Positions 24,451-37,751 are shown, counted from the whole stretch's first letter. The stretch is DNA of 63,709 bases, filler included, from Rhabdomonas costata (GCA_019059605.1; 52 parts of 52 records of this genome joined end to end with filler, not necessarily neighbours in it); one strand, 5' to 3'. The notes: a model not told the origin generated them from the sequence alone. A program made the numbers and translations.

Positions 24451-25816
24451 NNNNNNNNNNNNNNNNNNNNNNNNNNNNNNNNNNNNNNNNNNNNTTAATT
24501 AATTAANNNNNNNNNNNNNNNNNNNNNNNNNNNNNNNNNNNNNNNNNNNNGGTGTGGTGTGTGAAAGTGAGAGAATATTCGGATCCTTGACGATTATACG
24601 CTCTCAATGAATTAGTTAATTGAGTTGGAATTAAGTTGAATGGCCTTGTGGTTTTTTGTAATTAGTTTTGCATCTTTGTGCGGAACTCAGAACACTGTGT
24701 TCCCCGAACCCTTGTTCGAGACGTGGGTGAGGGGCAGCATTATTTTTGTCCAGCAAAAATTTCCCGTCCTCTCCTGTTGACAGCAGATGCAAAGAAGAAC
24801 TAAAATTCCGGCACTCCTAACTAGCATGCAACTCCCACGCACCCACCACTCAACCCACAAATATGCACCCAGGTGCCAGGCATAACAGGGAAAGGGAAGG
24901 AATCAGCACATTTAATGAACCACAGAAGAGTAAATCCAGAGCGGTAGCATGGAAATGGTCCCTCGGACCTCGCACGCATCTCGCCTGCATGGCCCCCTAA
25001 GCCGGGAGCCTAAATGAACTCACCCAGAGGCACGTGCATTGCCCCCTAACCCCCCTACCCACTTACGTATATGCATCCTCTGGTGCCCAGGCGATATCCT
25101 GGCATGTCTTAAGGGCCGTGTATCGCCAAAAACATTTTTGAAGGTCCAGAATGTCTGAGAAGTGGTGGAAGGTGGGCGTTGCACTAGTTCCCGAGGGTTG
25201 TGGTCTCGCAGGGAGTGGTGGTGCAGATTCGTGAGGAGAACCAAAATTCCAAAGCGATATGATCTGATTATGGCACGAGAATCCCAGACACGGTCCCAGA
25301 AAAAACGCTCTGCACTGCTATCCATGCAGTCCACAAAGCATGCAACTTCCCTGTGAATATTGCCTTCTCGCAGTCCCTATTATGCCACTAAAATGCCCTG
25401 TAAAACCCCATCCTCCACACTGAAAAATGGCAAATCTCAGAATGGCGATGGGAAGGAGGGGCCCTACCCGCACTCCGCAGGTGGAGACGTGGGGAGGCCA
25501 TGGGCGTCCCCCGCCGCCTCCTCCGCCCGAGGCCTGTACTTGGCTGAGCCTGGGCCTCTCTTCGCCGTGGAGGGCCGCGAGGGGGTCTCCCAGCACCCAA
25601 TGGACCCCTCCAGATTACCCGGCTCCCAAAGATCATCCCCAAACTCTGCGGGACCCATATGCCACAATATCCACCACNNNNNNNNNNNNNNNNNNNNNNN
25701 NNNNNNNNNNNNNNNNNNNNNTTAATTAATTAANNNNNNNNNNNNNNNNNNNNNNNNNNNNNNNNNNNNNNNNNNNNATGCGGGCCTTGGTGGGTTGGGG
25801 GGGGGGGCAAAGCAAC

Positions 25817-26887
25817 CTTCGAGTGGAAATAGCCACTGTCGTCGCAACCGCAGTGGCTGCAAGAAAGGCAACCAGCCTCTCCTCGGAAGTGGTCTTCACA
25901 GTGGCATTTCGGTTGTGGTAGTTCACCTGCCAGGAATTGCAGACAGGGACAGGTGCAATGATCAGCCTCAGAGGAGCTCAGGGGAAAAATGAAAAATGCG
26001 ACAAGATGCTGGTTGCATATGAGAGGCAACGTCATTTCAAGGCTGAGACCAACCTCATCGAAAACCTACCTCCAATTCCTTGCCCACCCGGAACCGAAGG
26101 AGACGGAAGAATTGACCCAGAGCGAGGTTTCAAGACAACAGGTTAGCACATACTCAACCACCCGGAAAAATCGCCCCTCATCGGCAACTCCGGTTTCTTT
26201 CACTCTCACTCGCACTCTTTGTGGGCGTGTCTGGAGCGCCGTGGCGACACGGGAGCTACCATTGCGTTGAACATTTGGTTCACCGTGGCAACCACCACAA
26301 GGGCCTTGGCGGAGTGGTACACTGTTAGGGCAACCCCGAGAAGAACCATGTTGCACGGAACCTGTGGGAAAGCAATAGCATAACCCAAGCAGAACGCTCC
26401 CAAATGGATTCCTCCGAACAAAACGAAAGGCGGGCAAAAAAAAGATCAATGAAGGCAGCCGTTACTGTTGAGCGAGTCGATGGAGTCGGTAAAAATTTCT
26501 CGGGGCGCTGGCGCAAACCCTTCCACGGCGTGTGAGGGAGATATATACGGGAATCGCGGGCGATCCTTCCTTCGAGTGCTGTAGCCTCAGCTATGAACCA
26601 ATGATACCCTTGTGTGTGTGGCGCAAAACTCGTCCTCGTAGATCTTCGGCGGCCACCAGCCACGAGGACAAGATGCTTTGACTTCTACAGTACCGTACAC
26701 ATTTGTACACAAGGGCGGACACCACATCCCATCGCATCCCATCACATTCACAATAAACCTGGGCGGCCATCCTCCACGGAAAAAACACCAGCTCCCCGGT
26801 GTCGGGATGAAACGCAGAGTCACAGAGCCGCTTCGCATGCCAGAGCTCATCGTCTGACGCATCTAGGCGCCCTGCGTTGGTCAGCAC
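25817..26887 (-). CDS. SFXN: Sideroflexin (mitochondrial tricarboxylate/serine carrier), exons 26887-26759, 26361-26260 and 25926-25817
   Basis: [33 protein letters not shown]...[29 protein letters not shown] and NQ.FNA.VNY.NRN motifs are present with GT-AG introns. Confidence 0.95.
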
Positions 26888-28238
26888 CTGCACCCCACCA
26901 CCCCNNNNNNNNNNNNNNNNNNNNNNNNNNNNNNNNNNNNNNNNNNNNTTAATTAATTAANNNNNNNNNNNNNNNNNNNNNNNNNNNNNNNNNNNNNNNN
27001 NNNNTGTTGTTGTGTTCAGCGCTCTACAGCGCTTGCATTTCCAACTCTCACCTGCTACGCACGTTTTCTCTTGTCAAATGTCAAATTCTTAGATGGTCTT
27101 ATGTGTATTTTCGGCAGTTTTACAGCGTCAACGCTTATGCTCACAACTTGAGAATAATTGTTAAACTCAGAGTCAGATTCAGAGTTAGTTTTTTCATATT
27201 TCATGTGCATTTTTTAAACGCATGCTCTTATGATTCTGTTCTGCTGCCGTTTTCACCTTCAGCGCTTCTGCTCCCAAATGGAAAATCATCTAAGCGCTCT
27301 CACAGTATCTGCAGCAGCTCAGATCTGTGGTGTTCAGCAAGTGCAATAGTTGTTTTCTACAGATTCTACAAATATTCCACACGGAGAGGCCTGTCATTCT
27401 GTTCACTCAATAAAAACGTATAACATAATGCCAGTATCAATTGCTGCCACTGCACTACTGTATTAATAATAAAGCAATAGGAGAGGTGCAACGTGGTACG
27501 CTGCAAAACCAAAAGTTACAAAACAATGCTATTAATTGTTGATACATTCTGCTTAAATTCCTTTCACAAAATGTTGTCTCCGACTTCACCACAACAAAAC
27601 TGAAACTTAAAAAACACAAAAGTTATATCCAAAGGTGTTGTGCAACAAACAAACAGTACAATGATTAGCGAAAAGATGGGAAGGTGAAACAAGAATATTT
27701 GTTTCATTTTGGAAGCGTAAAGTGAAGCACTGCAGATAATGACACTGAGCTGGATACACAAAGTAACATCATTTTTAACATGAGAAAAGCAAATGGGACA
27801 AAAATTGAAATGAAATAGCAGGAGAGCAAGTGGGAGACACACAACGATATGGGATGCTGGAACAGAGCTAAAGAGACTGGTAAGCATAGGTCGGAAGGAT
27901 GATATGGGAGGGTGAGAGTGTGGAAGTGCGTGTCAGTGGCGCTTCGGAGATGTGGTTCAAATATAGTGCGGACATAAAACGTGTGCGGAGCAATAGGAGT
28001 GGAAGCACAAACGTACAACAGTGCCTTCATCAATGTACTCTGGGGATGGGGATGGTCTGGAAGTGAGGTCGGACTTACAGCTCCAGATCTGCCAAAACAA
28101 CAGTGTTGGTAAGTTGCCGCCACACCCCACCNNNNNNNNNNNNNNNNNNNNNNNNNNNNNNNNNNNNNNNNNNNNTTAATTAATTAANNNNNNNNNNNNN
28201 NNNNNNNNNNNNNNNNNNNNNNNNNNNNNNNGGGTGGG

Positions 28239-28295
28239 GTGAACGTGATGGATGGCGCCTCGTCCAATCTCTTAGTGGTTATCAACGACATTCTG
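28239..28295 (+). CDS. HisKA second-helix exon fragment, inverted relative to the rest of the kinase
   Basis: VNVMDGASSNLLVVINDIL|gtctcc matches the S..LL.LINDILD motif. Confidence 0.75.
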
Positions 28296-28376
28296 GTCTC
28301 CCACCTCCACCCCCATCTCTTCACTTTCATTTTTGAGCGGTCTCCGAATAGAAATGAAAGAGAGAGAGAGACAAAC

Positions 28377-29358
28377 CTGTGGAATGGAGCAGCTCAATCA
28401 TCCCAATGATCCCGTTCAGCGGAGTCCGGATCTGCACGGCATGCACACAAATCGGCCCAGCAACCGTCTTTTGCAGTTAAATTTCATACTTGAGATCCTG
28501 CGGAGATTGCTGAAAGATGTACGGAATGGGCCACTATTCTTTTCTTCTCTCGTTTGATTCAAAGCAAGAAGGGCAAAAACACTGCGGAACAGTGCTGTTG
28601 CAGTAGGGTTCACTGTCAACAACTAATTCCCGTATTAAAGCTTTGTCTTGTGCTGCCGCATGAATTGCGCCATCATCGTACACGTTCACCCGACCCCTAT
28701 GCTTGCAATGTTGTTCTGGTTCGGACGCGAGCGAAAGCCCTATCAGAGTGGAAACCTTGTCAGCATATTTAGCGACTGAAGGGGGGTCCAAAAACTTGCC
28801 CCCACACCCGCCCCCACTACAAAACCTCATGAGACATCCAGGCCATAACATCTGACCGTTGCTTCAGCGCCTCCTCCGCGGTTCGGTGAGCAAGGGCGAG
28901 GTCCTGCAGGTCCACAGGCACACGTGTAACACACCTAGAGGATCTGCCGCTCAATTGCTCAATGTAATTTCGTCCGATTCTCTCATTTAGTTAGGGAAGA
29001 AAGCAAAACGAGAAAAAAACACTCCAACCAACCACTCGTGCAGGGTAGTGCTGTACTTGCGCCAAAATGGAGCTCCTCGTTTCCGCCATGCTCGCTCGGA
29101 GACTGTCATCACGTGAACATGATGAGAGTCACATTAAGCAAAGCTCAACTCTCACAAGGAGACCCAACGAGCCGCACACCCACATACCGCGTTCATCCGA
29201 ATAAGGTCATTGAAGAGAAAGGTGTACGGCTCGGTCAGTGTCGCCCGCACAAGGGTTTTGTAGATGAGGTAGAAGGACATCACCTTCAGGCTGTGACCCA
29301 AAATGACCTGCCAGGACACCAGGCTCTCGTACAGCGTCAGCACGAACTCCACCACAAA
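28377..29358 (-). CDS. Sensor histidine kinase with MASE3-like membrane domain and HisKA H-box, exons 29358-29188, 28903-28826 and 28431-28377
   Basis: Spliced product EFVLTLYESLVSWQVILGHSLKVMSFYLIYKTLVRATLTEPYTFLFNDLIRMNA|DLALAHRTAEEALKQRSDVMAWMSHE|IRTPLNGIIGMIELLHST. All junctions are GT-AG and in phase. Confidence 0.88.
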
Positions 29359-30070
29359 NNNNNNNNNNNNNNNNNNNNNNNNNNNNNNNNNNNNNNNNNN
29401 NNTTAATTAATTAANNNNNNNNNNNNNNNNNNNNNNNNNNNNNNNNNNNNNNNNNNNNTGGTGGTGGTAAAGGCTGGCTTTGGCGGGGTGGTGGATTGCT
29501 GTCCTGTCTGCTTTCTCGTTGTTGTATCTGTACAGTGTAAATATATTGAAGTGGAATTGTGGCTTCATGTGGACCTCTGCCAAGCCACGTGTGTGTCCAC
29601 ACGGGGCCCCCTCTGGCCGTCACCTTTTGCTTGCGCTCGGAGAATGGGTTCACCTGGGGGCGATGACCAGCAAAAATCCGCTTCTGCTGAGCATTATGAT
29701 GAAATTCGGTGTCCCGTAGGGCTGCAAACCGTAGAACTGGCGCTGTTATTTATTTAGTGTGGGCTGTGGCTTGCAAATTTCCCGCGCTGCGCAGGTTCTT
29801 CTGATACGAAATAAGATAAAATATCGTGCCCATTTTTGAGCGAGATGGTTTTATTTGTTGATAAAAGCGGTGACCTTAAGAGTCTGGAAAGGGGGTAGAA
29901 AGAACCATCGCGGGTTGACATCCCTTTTGTGCGAGCATGCCCTTTGATGATATTGATGATGTTTTTAAGGCGGAGGAAACCGTTCATCACGCCAGAACCA
30001 ATATGGCTCTGAAACAGCTTTGTTTTTTTCGGTTGTTTTACTCGCTTGTGGGATGTTTCGGCGCGTGGAG

Positions 30071-30263
30071 ATTAACCCAGCCGAGGTGCTGGAGTTATGG
30101 AAGAAGATCTATCGCCGCGACAGCTACAGCGGAGAGGATGATCCCGAGTGGACGCCCCCGAGCTACAAGCTGCGCATGATTGGGGAGATGCTCAGCGACC
30201 AGCAGAAGGAGAAGCTCCTCATTCCGTTTGAGACTTGGATGACTCTTCCGGCCGACAGGCGGG
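30071..30263 (+). CDS. Probable exon, unknown protein
   Basis: Coding-like composition INPAEVLELWKKIYRRDSYSGEDDPEWTPPSYKLRMIGEMLSDQQKEKLLIPFETW ending at a GTGAG donor. Confidence 0.45.
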
Positions 30264-31405
30264 GTGAGCCTTTACTTCTCGTCAGTTGATCAGTTAGTCA
30301 ATTGACAGTCCTCGTAAGGGAGGCAGTTCCAGTGTCTTGGTTATGCGCTTTTTCTGAGTTATTTTTATCGCTGCGCCTGGCACTATGCTTTCTACACAGC
30401 AGTTACTTTTGAGAGAGAATTCTGGTGTTCAACCTGAATTCATCTCTTTTACGCCCGCTCCAGCAGCGCCGCGCTCCACCCTTAAACGAAACTGTTACAA
30501 TCATCCCCCAAAGCCAGCAATAATAATATGGTTCCTAACCCAGCGGAGGGTTAACTGGTCTTGAACACCCCAACCNNNNNNNNNNNNNNNNNNNNNNNNN
30601 NNNNNNNNNNNNNNNNNNNTTAATTAATTAANNNNNNNNNNNNNNNNNNNNNNNNNNNNNNNNNNNNNNNNNNNNGTTTTTTGGGTTGCTTTCGGTGGTT
30701 TCTCACATGCCTTGTTTTGGCCCGCACAGAAGGATCGAGGCGCAGGAGCAGATCATCCAGAAGCAGGCTGAGATCCAGTCCAAGCTGACGGAGCAGCTTC
30801 TTCACCTGCAGAAAGTGCGACACCACCTCTGGGCGTTTTCTTTCTACGGGGAGATCCCCCGGTCATGATTTTTCCAATGAGGCTCGTAGCTGTCGAATTC
30901 ACTTCGTATTTGTTGTTCAAGCAGCTGATGCTGTTGCTTGTTGTATGATCAGCTCCCGCTGAGATGCGAACCAAAACAAGGGGAACATCCTGTGTGAAGA
31001 CAAAGCAGGCTTGGTTTGTGTCCGTCCTTGACTAGTCCGAAGATAAGTATAAGAAATACGAAAGTATGTGACAAACTGTGTGTTTGGCTAACGATGCCGA
31101 AAGCGCGGAGCGTTTCCGAATATGTTGCTGTGCGGTTCAATTGCGTGTTCCCACAACTCATTGACGTTTCTCTGCCCGCGGCGACAACCAAATGACAGCT
31201 ATTTGACCTTAAAATTCACGGCTATCCCGCGGAAAGTGGTACGAAAGACCCCAGAACAACATGATCGGCTCTTCTTCGGGTGTAAACAGACCTTTTGTGT
31301 TCATGGAGGCCGGGTTTTGCAGATTTAACCTTTTCGGAGAGGTCTGTTTTTGATCCGATTCTCCGTTTTTATCCCCTGGGTCCGTTAGCCAAAAAAAATG
31401 CAAGT

Positions 31406-31539
31406 CTAGTAACACCCCGAAGCTGAGAATTTAGTATGTGACAGTCTTTTTAGCCTATATTGGGTGGTCCTGGCATAAACGGCATCATGTGGTGTGCCGT
31501 GGTTAAAAACTCTCAGTTTACGGTGTAACCTGCTATATA
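31406..31539 (-). mobile_element. Short non-autonomous element family C (second copy at 32507-32662, +)
   Basis: Both copies begin TATATAGCAGGYTACACCGTAAA and end TTCGGGGTGTWACTAG, with divergent middles. Confidence 0.6.
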
Positions 31540-32718
31540 AGGCACACGAAAGAAATACAAACCATCGTGCGGTGAGGGCATTGTATCGGTATTCGTTATG
31601 CTTTCCTTCGCATTTTTCGGAAGGGGAAGGGACCCCATCATGCGGTCCACGCCGATCCGCCCCATTTTTCATCCTCTGGACTCCCCCCATACCCTTTCCA
31701 CAACCCCCCAACTCGCTCTTTTCTATCTTCTCTCTCTTTCTCTCTCTTGCCTTCCCCATAGGCTGTACTCGAAGACAACACCAACCAACCACACCCACCA
31801 CANNNNNNNNNNNNNNNNNNNNNNNNNNNNNNNNNNNNNNNNNNNNTTAATTAATTAANNNNNNNNNNNNNNNNNNNNNNNNNNNNNNNNNNNNNNNNNN
31901 NNTGGGTGGCGGGCCTTATCCCAGAGCTTGGCGAGGACTCGAAATGGTTTCGGCATGGCTTGGGTGTGCTCCACGATCCGCCGCGTGGCCTTGAAAAGGA
32001 TCCCAACCAAAATGGCTCAGGAAAAAGCTCGCTCGGTTCCCTAAAGAGATCGCACTTTGTTCAAACGCGGACGCTCATTCATTTTTTGTGGGCTTCCAGA
32101 CACACAGAAGAGCTGACTTTGGCCAAAGGGGTTCCCAGCGGATTTGAAAAAGCGGGATGAGAGTAAGCTGCTCGCGGGCGGATTGGGGCGAAGGTTGTGA
32201 GCGAAGTGCGGAAGTTGCCTGCCGAACAACCCCCACCCCCGAAAGTAGCCCGCCCGCCACAGAAAACCAGGAGTTGCCTAAGGCCGTTTGCATGTGTAAA
32301 ATATCAATGTGCCAAAATCTGCTCTACAGGTGTCTGTGGCAGCAGCAGCATGGTTTCATTTTCGGCACGCGAAGACACCATAAGGAATGACTGCGAAAGT
32401 GGTTACCACGCATTCCAAACCTTGACATCATTCTCACCCCTTTCACCCCTTGTTGGTTTCAAACACCATCCGTCCCTAACTTTCCTTTTTTCTTATTATC
32501 TTTTTATATATAGCAGGCTACACCGTAAATCGAGGGTTTACAACCTTGAATACACACCAACAGACAGCAGAAGCTACCCAAGCCCAGCGGCATAAAAACA
32601 CGACGAAAAGACTTCAGTTCGAAACGTTACGGACAACGTTCTCGCTTTCGGGGTGTAACTAGGCTTACTTTTTACGTCTATTTGAATGGTTTTCGTGTTC
32701 GTGGATCGGGGGAGCAAC

Positions 32719-32946
32719 CTTTCGCAGGTTTGCCGCGAGCAATTCCGTAGGGAAATTGCTGGGGTCGCTGCCAAACGGGTTGCACAGCATCCCGTGCAGC
32801 ACCAGCAGCCCGTCCAGCACGATGACAAGCACGGCGACCTCGAAGTAGGCCCAGAACGCCACCCTCACCGTAGGTGTCGCGGCCAGCTGGCCTGCCCACC
32901 ACGAGGATGCCGCGAAGAGGAAGACGTGCACCAGGAAAGACAGCAG
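32719..32946 (-). CDS. Bestrophin-family channel exon
   Basis: 228-nt AG/GT exon with TM segments followed by GMLCNPFGSDPSNFP, matching the bestrophin NPFG.D..DF motif. Confidence 0.7.
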
Positions 32947-35900
32947 CTGTGTAACATGAAAAGGGAAGCGAGAACGGTTAGCTATACCGAACCTACAAAG
33001 AAAAGGAGCGAGGTATTTCGTCGAAACACNNNNNNNNNNNNNNNNNNNNNNNNNNNNNNNNNNNNNNNNNNNNTTAATTAATTAANNNNNNNNNNNNNNN
33101 NNNNNNNNNNNNNNNNNNNNNNNNNNNNNGTGGGTGTTTTATTTCTGAGCACGAATCAGCAAGAAGTTTCGAAACACTCGGTTCAGGGAGAGTCTGAAAA
33201 GTGCAGGTGCTGGTTTGACATCTGGCCATTATCAGAACAGCGATGAATGACAGTACATCATCACCTCGACATAAATTTTCTTTCTCCTTTTTCACTCTTT
33301 CTCTGCGCCCGTCACAGAACATAACGATACAATGGCACCTGTGCAGGAATATCCTGGCCTAGCCGCACAGAGGATGCGGTGGGGTCCCCTGCCTCCATCT
33401 CTTTGGTCAAAGCAACCCCGGCGCGGGCGGTTACATTTTGGGACAAAGAGCGATCGAAGAATGCTGGAGGGGAGGAAACGGGCGAGGGGATCGTCCCGCG
33501 GCAGCGGGGTTGCCATCTGATCGTTTCGGAACCTTTGGTAGGAAAGATCCTTCACGCCATGCAAACTCGAAAAAGAGGGCGGCGCAATACTCCCGACGAG
33601 TGAAGCCGCCTGAATCGATCGATGGATGGATCGAAGGGGGAAAACACCACGGTACCGGAAGGTGGGCACTGATCAAGTACACCCTAAGCTCCACTCTGGG
33701 GATTGCACCCGGCTTTGGTACGAAGTACGTGCTGTGTACATCGCAGAATGTTCCCCGCTTGACCGGCCGTTATGCACCCACCAGCGCTGATGCCTTGACG
33801 CGAGCAGTGGAAAAGAAAAACCTTGGGGTTCAGCAGATCCAGGGGAGAGAAACACTCCCAGAAGATATCTTCATGGTGGGACACATAAACACACACCAAA
33901 CACACCGGCCAACAGACCACAAACACACCTGCCCTTCCACCTATCCGCGGATAGCCACAAGCAACCGATGCGCGTATAGCGCATTGCATCACATTATATG
34001 TACAAAGTGCTGGGGAAAAGCCACAGCTGCGAAAAGCTGTGGAGGCTTCCGTGATGTACTGAGTGCACAAATTTGCACAATCCACACAAAAACATAACGC
34101 AGCAGGTTGAACAATGCAATGAACATCGGGTGGACCACCTCAACAGCACACCACACATCGCAACACAGGCAAACTGTTACGCTGCTGCCTTTAACCCAGG
34201 GCGATGGATGCGATTCCCTGTGGGGCACGACATGAGAAGCTCAAAGCCCCCAAACCNNNNNNNNNNNNNNNNNNNNNNNNNNNNNNNNNNNNNNNNNNNN
34301 TTAATTAATTAANNNNNNNNNNNNNNNNNNNNNNNNNNNNNNNNNNNNNNNNNNNNTTAGCCTTGTCTTTTTTCTTTGCTTCGTTGTGTTGATATTGGGA
34401 AGAACCTCATGGGCACCCATTTCTTTGGGTGTTCGAGCGGATTGTCCCGTTCCTTGTAAATGCTGCTTTGTTGGTTTTGTAGCCACCCACTTCTTTGTCT
34501 TTACCATGCTCCGTGATGAAAATGAATGATGAAAAATACTTTGAACTTCTGCTCTGTTGCTGTGCAGTCTGCAGAGGCAGTTGTACACATTACCTGAATG
34601 GTTTTCGGGTGGATGGTGGACGATATACATTCAACACACAACGTACATAACACAATGAAAGACTTGAACGAGAGGGATCGTCAGAGGGTGATGCTTGTAC
34701 CCAGTGCGATTCCTGCAGAGGCTTTGTAGTCTGATGGATGGGATGGCACCTGCCCCTGGAGCGCAAAATTTCTGTAAATATGAGAACATTCATGTAGCGC
34801 AAGCACCGTTTATTTGTGCATGTAACCCCGTCGCTCTGATATGGATATAGCTCACGGTGTTGACAAAGCGTTCAGTGGACAACTAAGAGGTTCGGACGGC
34901 AAGCAGAAGCTGTTTCACACTGTAAGGGTTTTTCTTGGGAGTAGCCGGGGGTAGCCGAATCCGTTTCGATTAGCGCAAGCGGTGGAAGCGCCCACACGAA
35001 TTTGCGAAGTATGCCTTTCGGCCCGAACCAGTTCTGCTCGGTACACAAGGACTGAGCTCAACAAGGCAGAAGGCGCGGTGCAGCACTTTGCAATCTGCGC
35101 CAGTGCAGCTCCCATCAGATCTTTCAGTTGCTCTGCTCAGAGTTCACCCTTTTCAACCTCACGTACACTGTCCGCTGTCTAAGTGAACGCACCCTCCCAG
35201 TTTGCATTGAATAATTTATTCTGGAAGACTGAAACAGGCAAGCACTGAGACTCGCGGTTTTTCGATTGTTCTCTGCCCTGTGTGAATACCTTGCGGCATC
35301 AAGCCCTATTGGCCCAAAGTTGTGGTCGAAGCTTTGATCGAAGGAAAGACGTTCCATTTACTTTTGGGCTCACACATGTCCCGCTGGCCTTTCTTCCTTC
35401 TCTTGTTTCCAAGTGGTAACGTCTGCATCCTTACTTTTGCTTGGCGTTTTTTTTTTGGATACCCCCTCCCCTCCCCCCCCACANNNNNNNNNNNNNNNNN
35501 NNNNNNNNNNNNNNNNNNNNNNNNNNNTTAATTAATTAANNNNNNNNNNNNNNNNNNNNNNNNNNNNNNNNNNNNNNNNNNNNTGTGGGGTTTGTGTGGG
35601 ATTTTTTTGGTGGCACCGGGTTCTGTTGCAAGCAACGACCTTTGTTGTCACCGAAAGGGGAAAGCACGGCAGCGGCATTTCGACCCATAAGGACATCCAA
35701 TGGAGAAAGTGTGGGTGAAAGCGGTCCAGGTACTTGTCTCAAAGCCCTCCACCCCCGTTTCATCCACAAGCCACCGCTACAACGATCCATACAGACACAG
35801 CGCAACAACAAACAAAACTCTATGATGCCTCGAACTCAACGTCAGAAAAGAAGAGAAAGCGTAGTGAGCGGCAACGGGAAGAAGGGACTACACCCCTTCC

Positions 35901-37009
35901 ATGCCAACAACCTCCAGGTCATCGGCACTACGGCAAGACGATGGGTCGAAGAAGATCTTGCGCACTTCTCCAGTCACAGAGACGTACAACGCGTCCCCGA
36001 AGAGGGCGTCATCCATCCAAATGCCTTAATGAAGAGTCCATGCGCCGATGAAACATTCAGCCGTTAACTCCATCGCGTACCGAATCTGGAAAGTTTTCCT
36101 TTTGGATGCTTTTGGTTGGAAGAAAAGCGTAGCAAGGAGCGACCCCCCCCATTCTCGCGCCAACTGGGCGTTCGGACGGCGGCGGAGGCGGACTTAGCAT
36201 TGCTGGGACTGTGCTTGCCGGGAAAACGCACACAGCCTCTTTCGAGCCAAAAAGCCACGGAAACCTGGGTGGTGAGCACCCTGCACTCCTGCTCCAACAG
36301 AAGCCCTCACCACAAAAAACAGTACGCCACACAACAACAACCTGTGCATTTATCACCCGACGGGTACGTGAACGTCGCAGCGCCGTGACGGTTGTTCTCG
36401 TGCCATTGCCCTGGGAGAACGCGGAAGTTGCATTTTCGTTTGGCACCCAACCAACCAGAAATCACGGGATCCAAGAAGAATAATGCCGCATTCTGGAGAC
36501 GGAAAACGTCCAACAATATGCGACCAAGGTGCCCACACCGTCATAGCAGGAGCCGTCAACATCAGTGAAGCATCCGCGGCCGTGGCGAAGCCCGCGGAAG
36601 AAGCTTCCTTCGTACCTGAGAAATCCCCACCACCAAGCGGGGCCACTTCGAGAAGGCAGCAGAGCAGTACAGATCAAACCGTCAAGAAGGAAGGCAGGGC
36701 CCCCAACCACNNNNNNNNNNNNNNNNNNNNNNNNNNNNNNNNNNNNNNNNNNNNTTAATTAATTAANNNNNNNNNNNNNNNNNNNNNNNNNNNNNNNNNN
36801 NNNNNNNNNNTGCACGGGGAGGCGACCGACGGGGGCCGCCATCACACACATGGCGCCTTGGCGCGGTGTGCTGTGGCGTGTCCTTGTGCTGTTTGTTCTG
36901 CACACCTGTTGGTTTTTGGCGCGTTCACGGTGCTGCTGTTCGTGCTGGACGACACGAAGGGCATTGGGGGGAGGGTGTGCGCCGTGCCCATCCACACACA
37001 CACACAGCG

Positions 37010-37472
37010 CGCGACAAAGGCCCGGGACCCGTGGGGCAGAAGGAGGTTACCAGATGTAGAGTCTTCGGCGGTGATGTGCTGGCACGGCAACGCCTGTAGG
37101 TAGATACGCTGCTGCCCGTTCACCCATCCAAAAGAAAAGCTCAAGGGTCTTTTCCACGAGAAAAAGCCCAGCCCCCCAAGCAAGGAGTGTGGAGTCGCAG
37201 AGACCTGAGCCGCAATGGAGCAATGCAGTTGGCCGCTGGGAAGAGCAGCTGCGCGACAAAGGCCCAGGACCCGTGGGGCAGAAGAGAGGTTACCAGATGT
37301 GAAACGTTCGGCGGTGAGCCGGTTCCGGTTCCCGCGGAACCATTCGCTCCAACGGCACCTCTCGCGAGAACGCGTGGCCAACAGCGCGTGTGCCAGTAAG
37401 TCCACAGTGGTCACCAACAACCAAGCAACCAGGCAATCAGGCAACGGCCAGCGCGCAACGCTCCCAACACAC
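37010..37472 (+). repeat. Repeat family A, longest copy, between (CA)n tracts
   Basis: Matches 8133-8380 and 24200-24450. Contains a duplicated ACAAAGGCCC.GGACCCGTGGGGCAGAAG..GAGGTTACCAGATGT. Confidence 0.9.
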
Positions 37473-37751
37473 ACATTATCACCCCTTGCAGGAATGGATG
37501 TACGAGATTGGCCGTGAGGCCACCCAGGTCACCGTGGTGTCGCCAGTTGAGCAATACAAAAAGCTGAACCCCCCTTCTCCAAAAAATAAAAATACACCCC
37601 CTTCCTACTGTCCTGACAGCAGCGCCCGTTTTCGCCACAGTTACAAAGTTGGTCGTTTTCAAAATGAAAACGGACGAACACCTCCAAGAACACAGACGCC
37701 CATCCAATTTCGGGAGACTCAATTCTCCCCTCCCTCCAACCCCCCTTTCAC

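Noticed and set aside
28232-29358. Bacterial contamination as the source of the histidine kinase
   Set aside because: The coding sequence is split by in-phase GT-AG introns.
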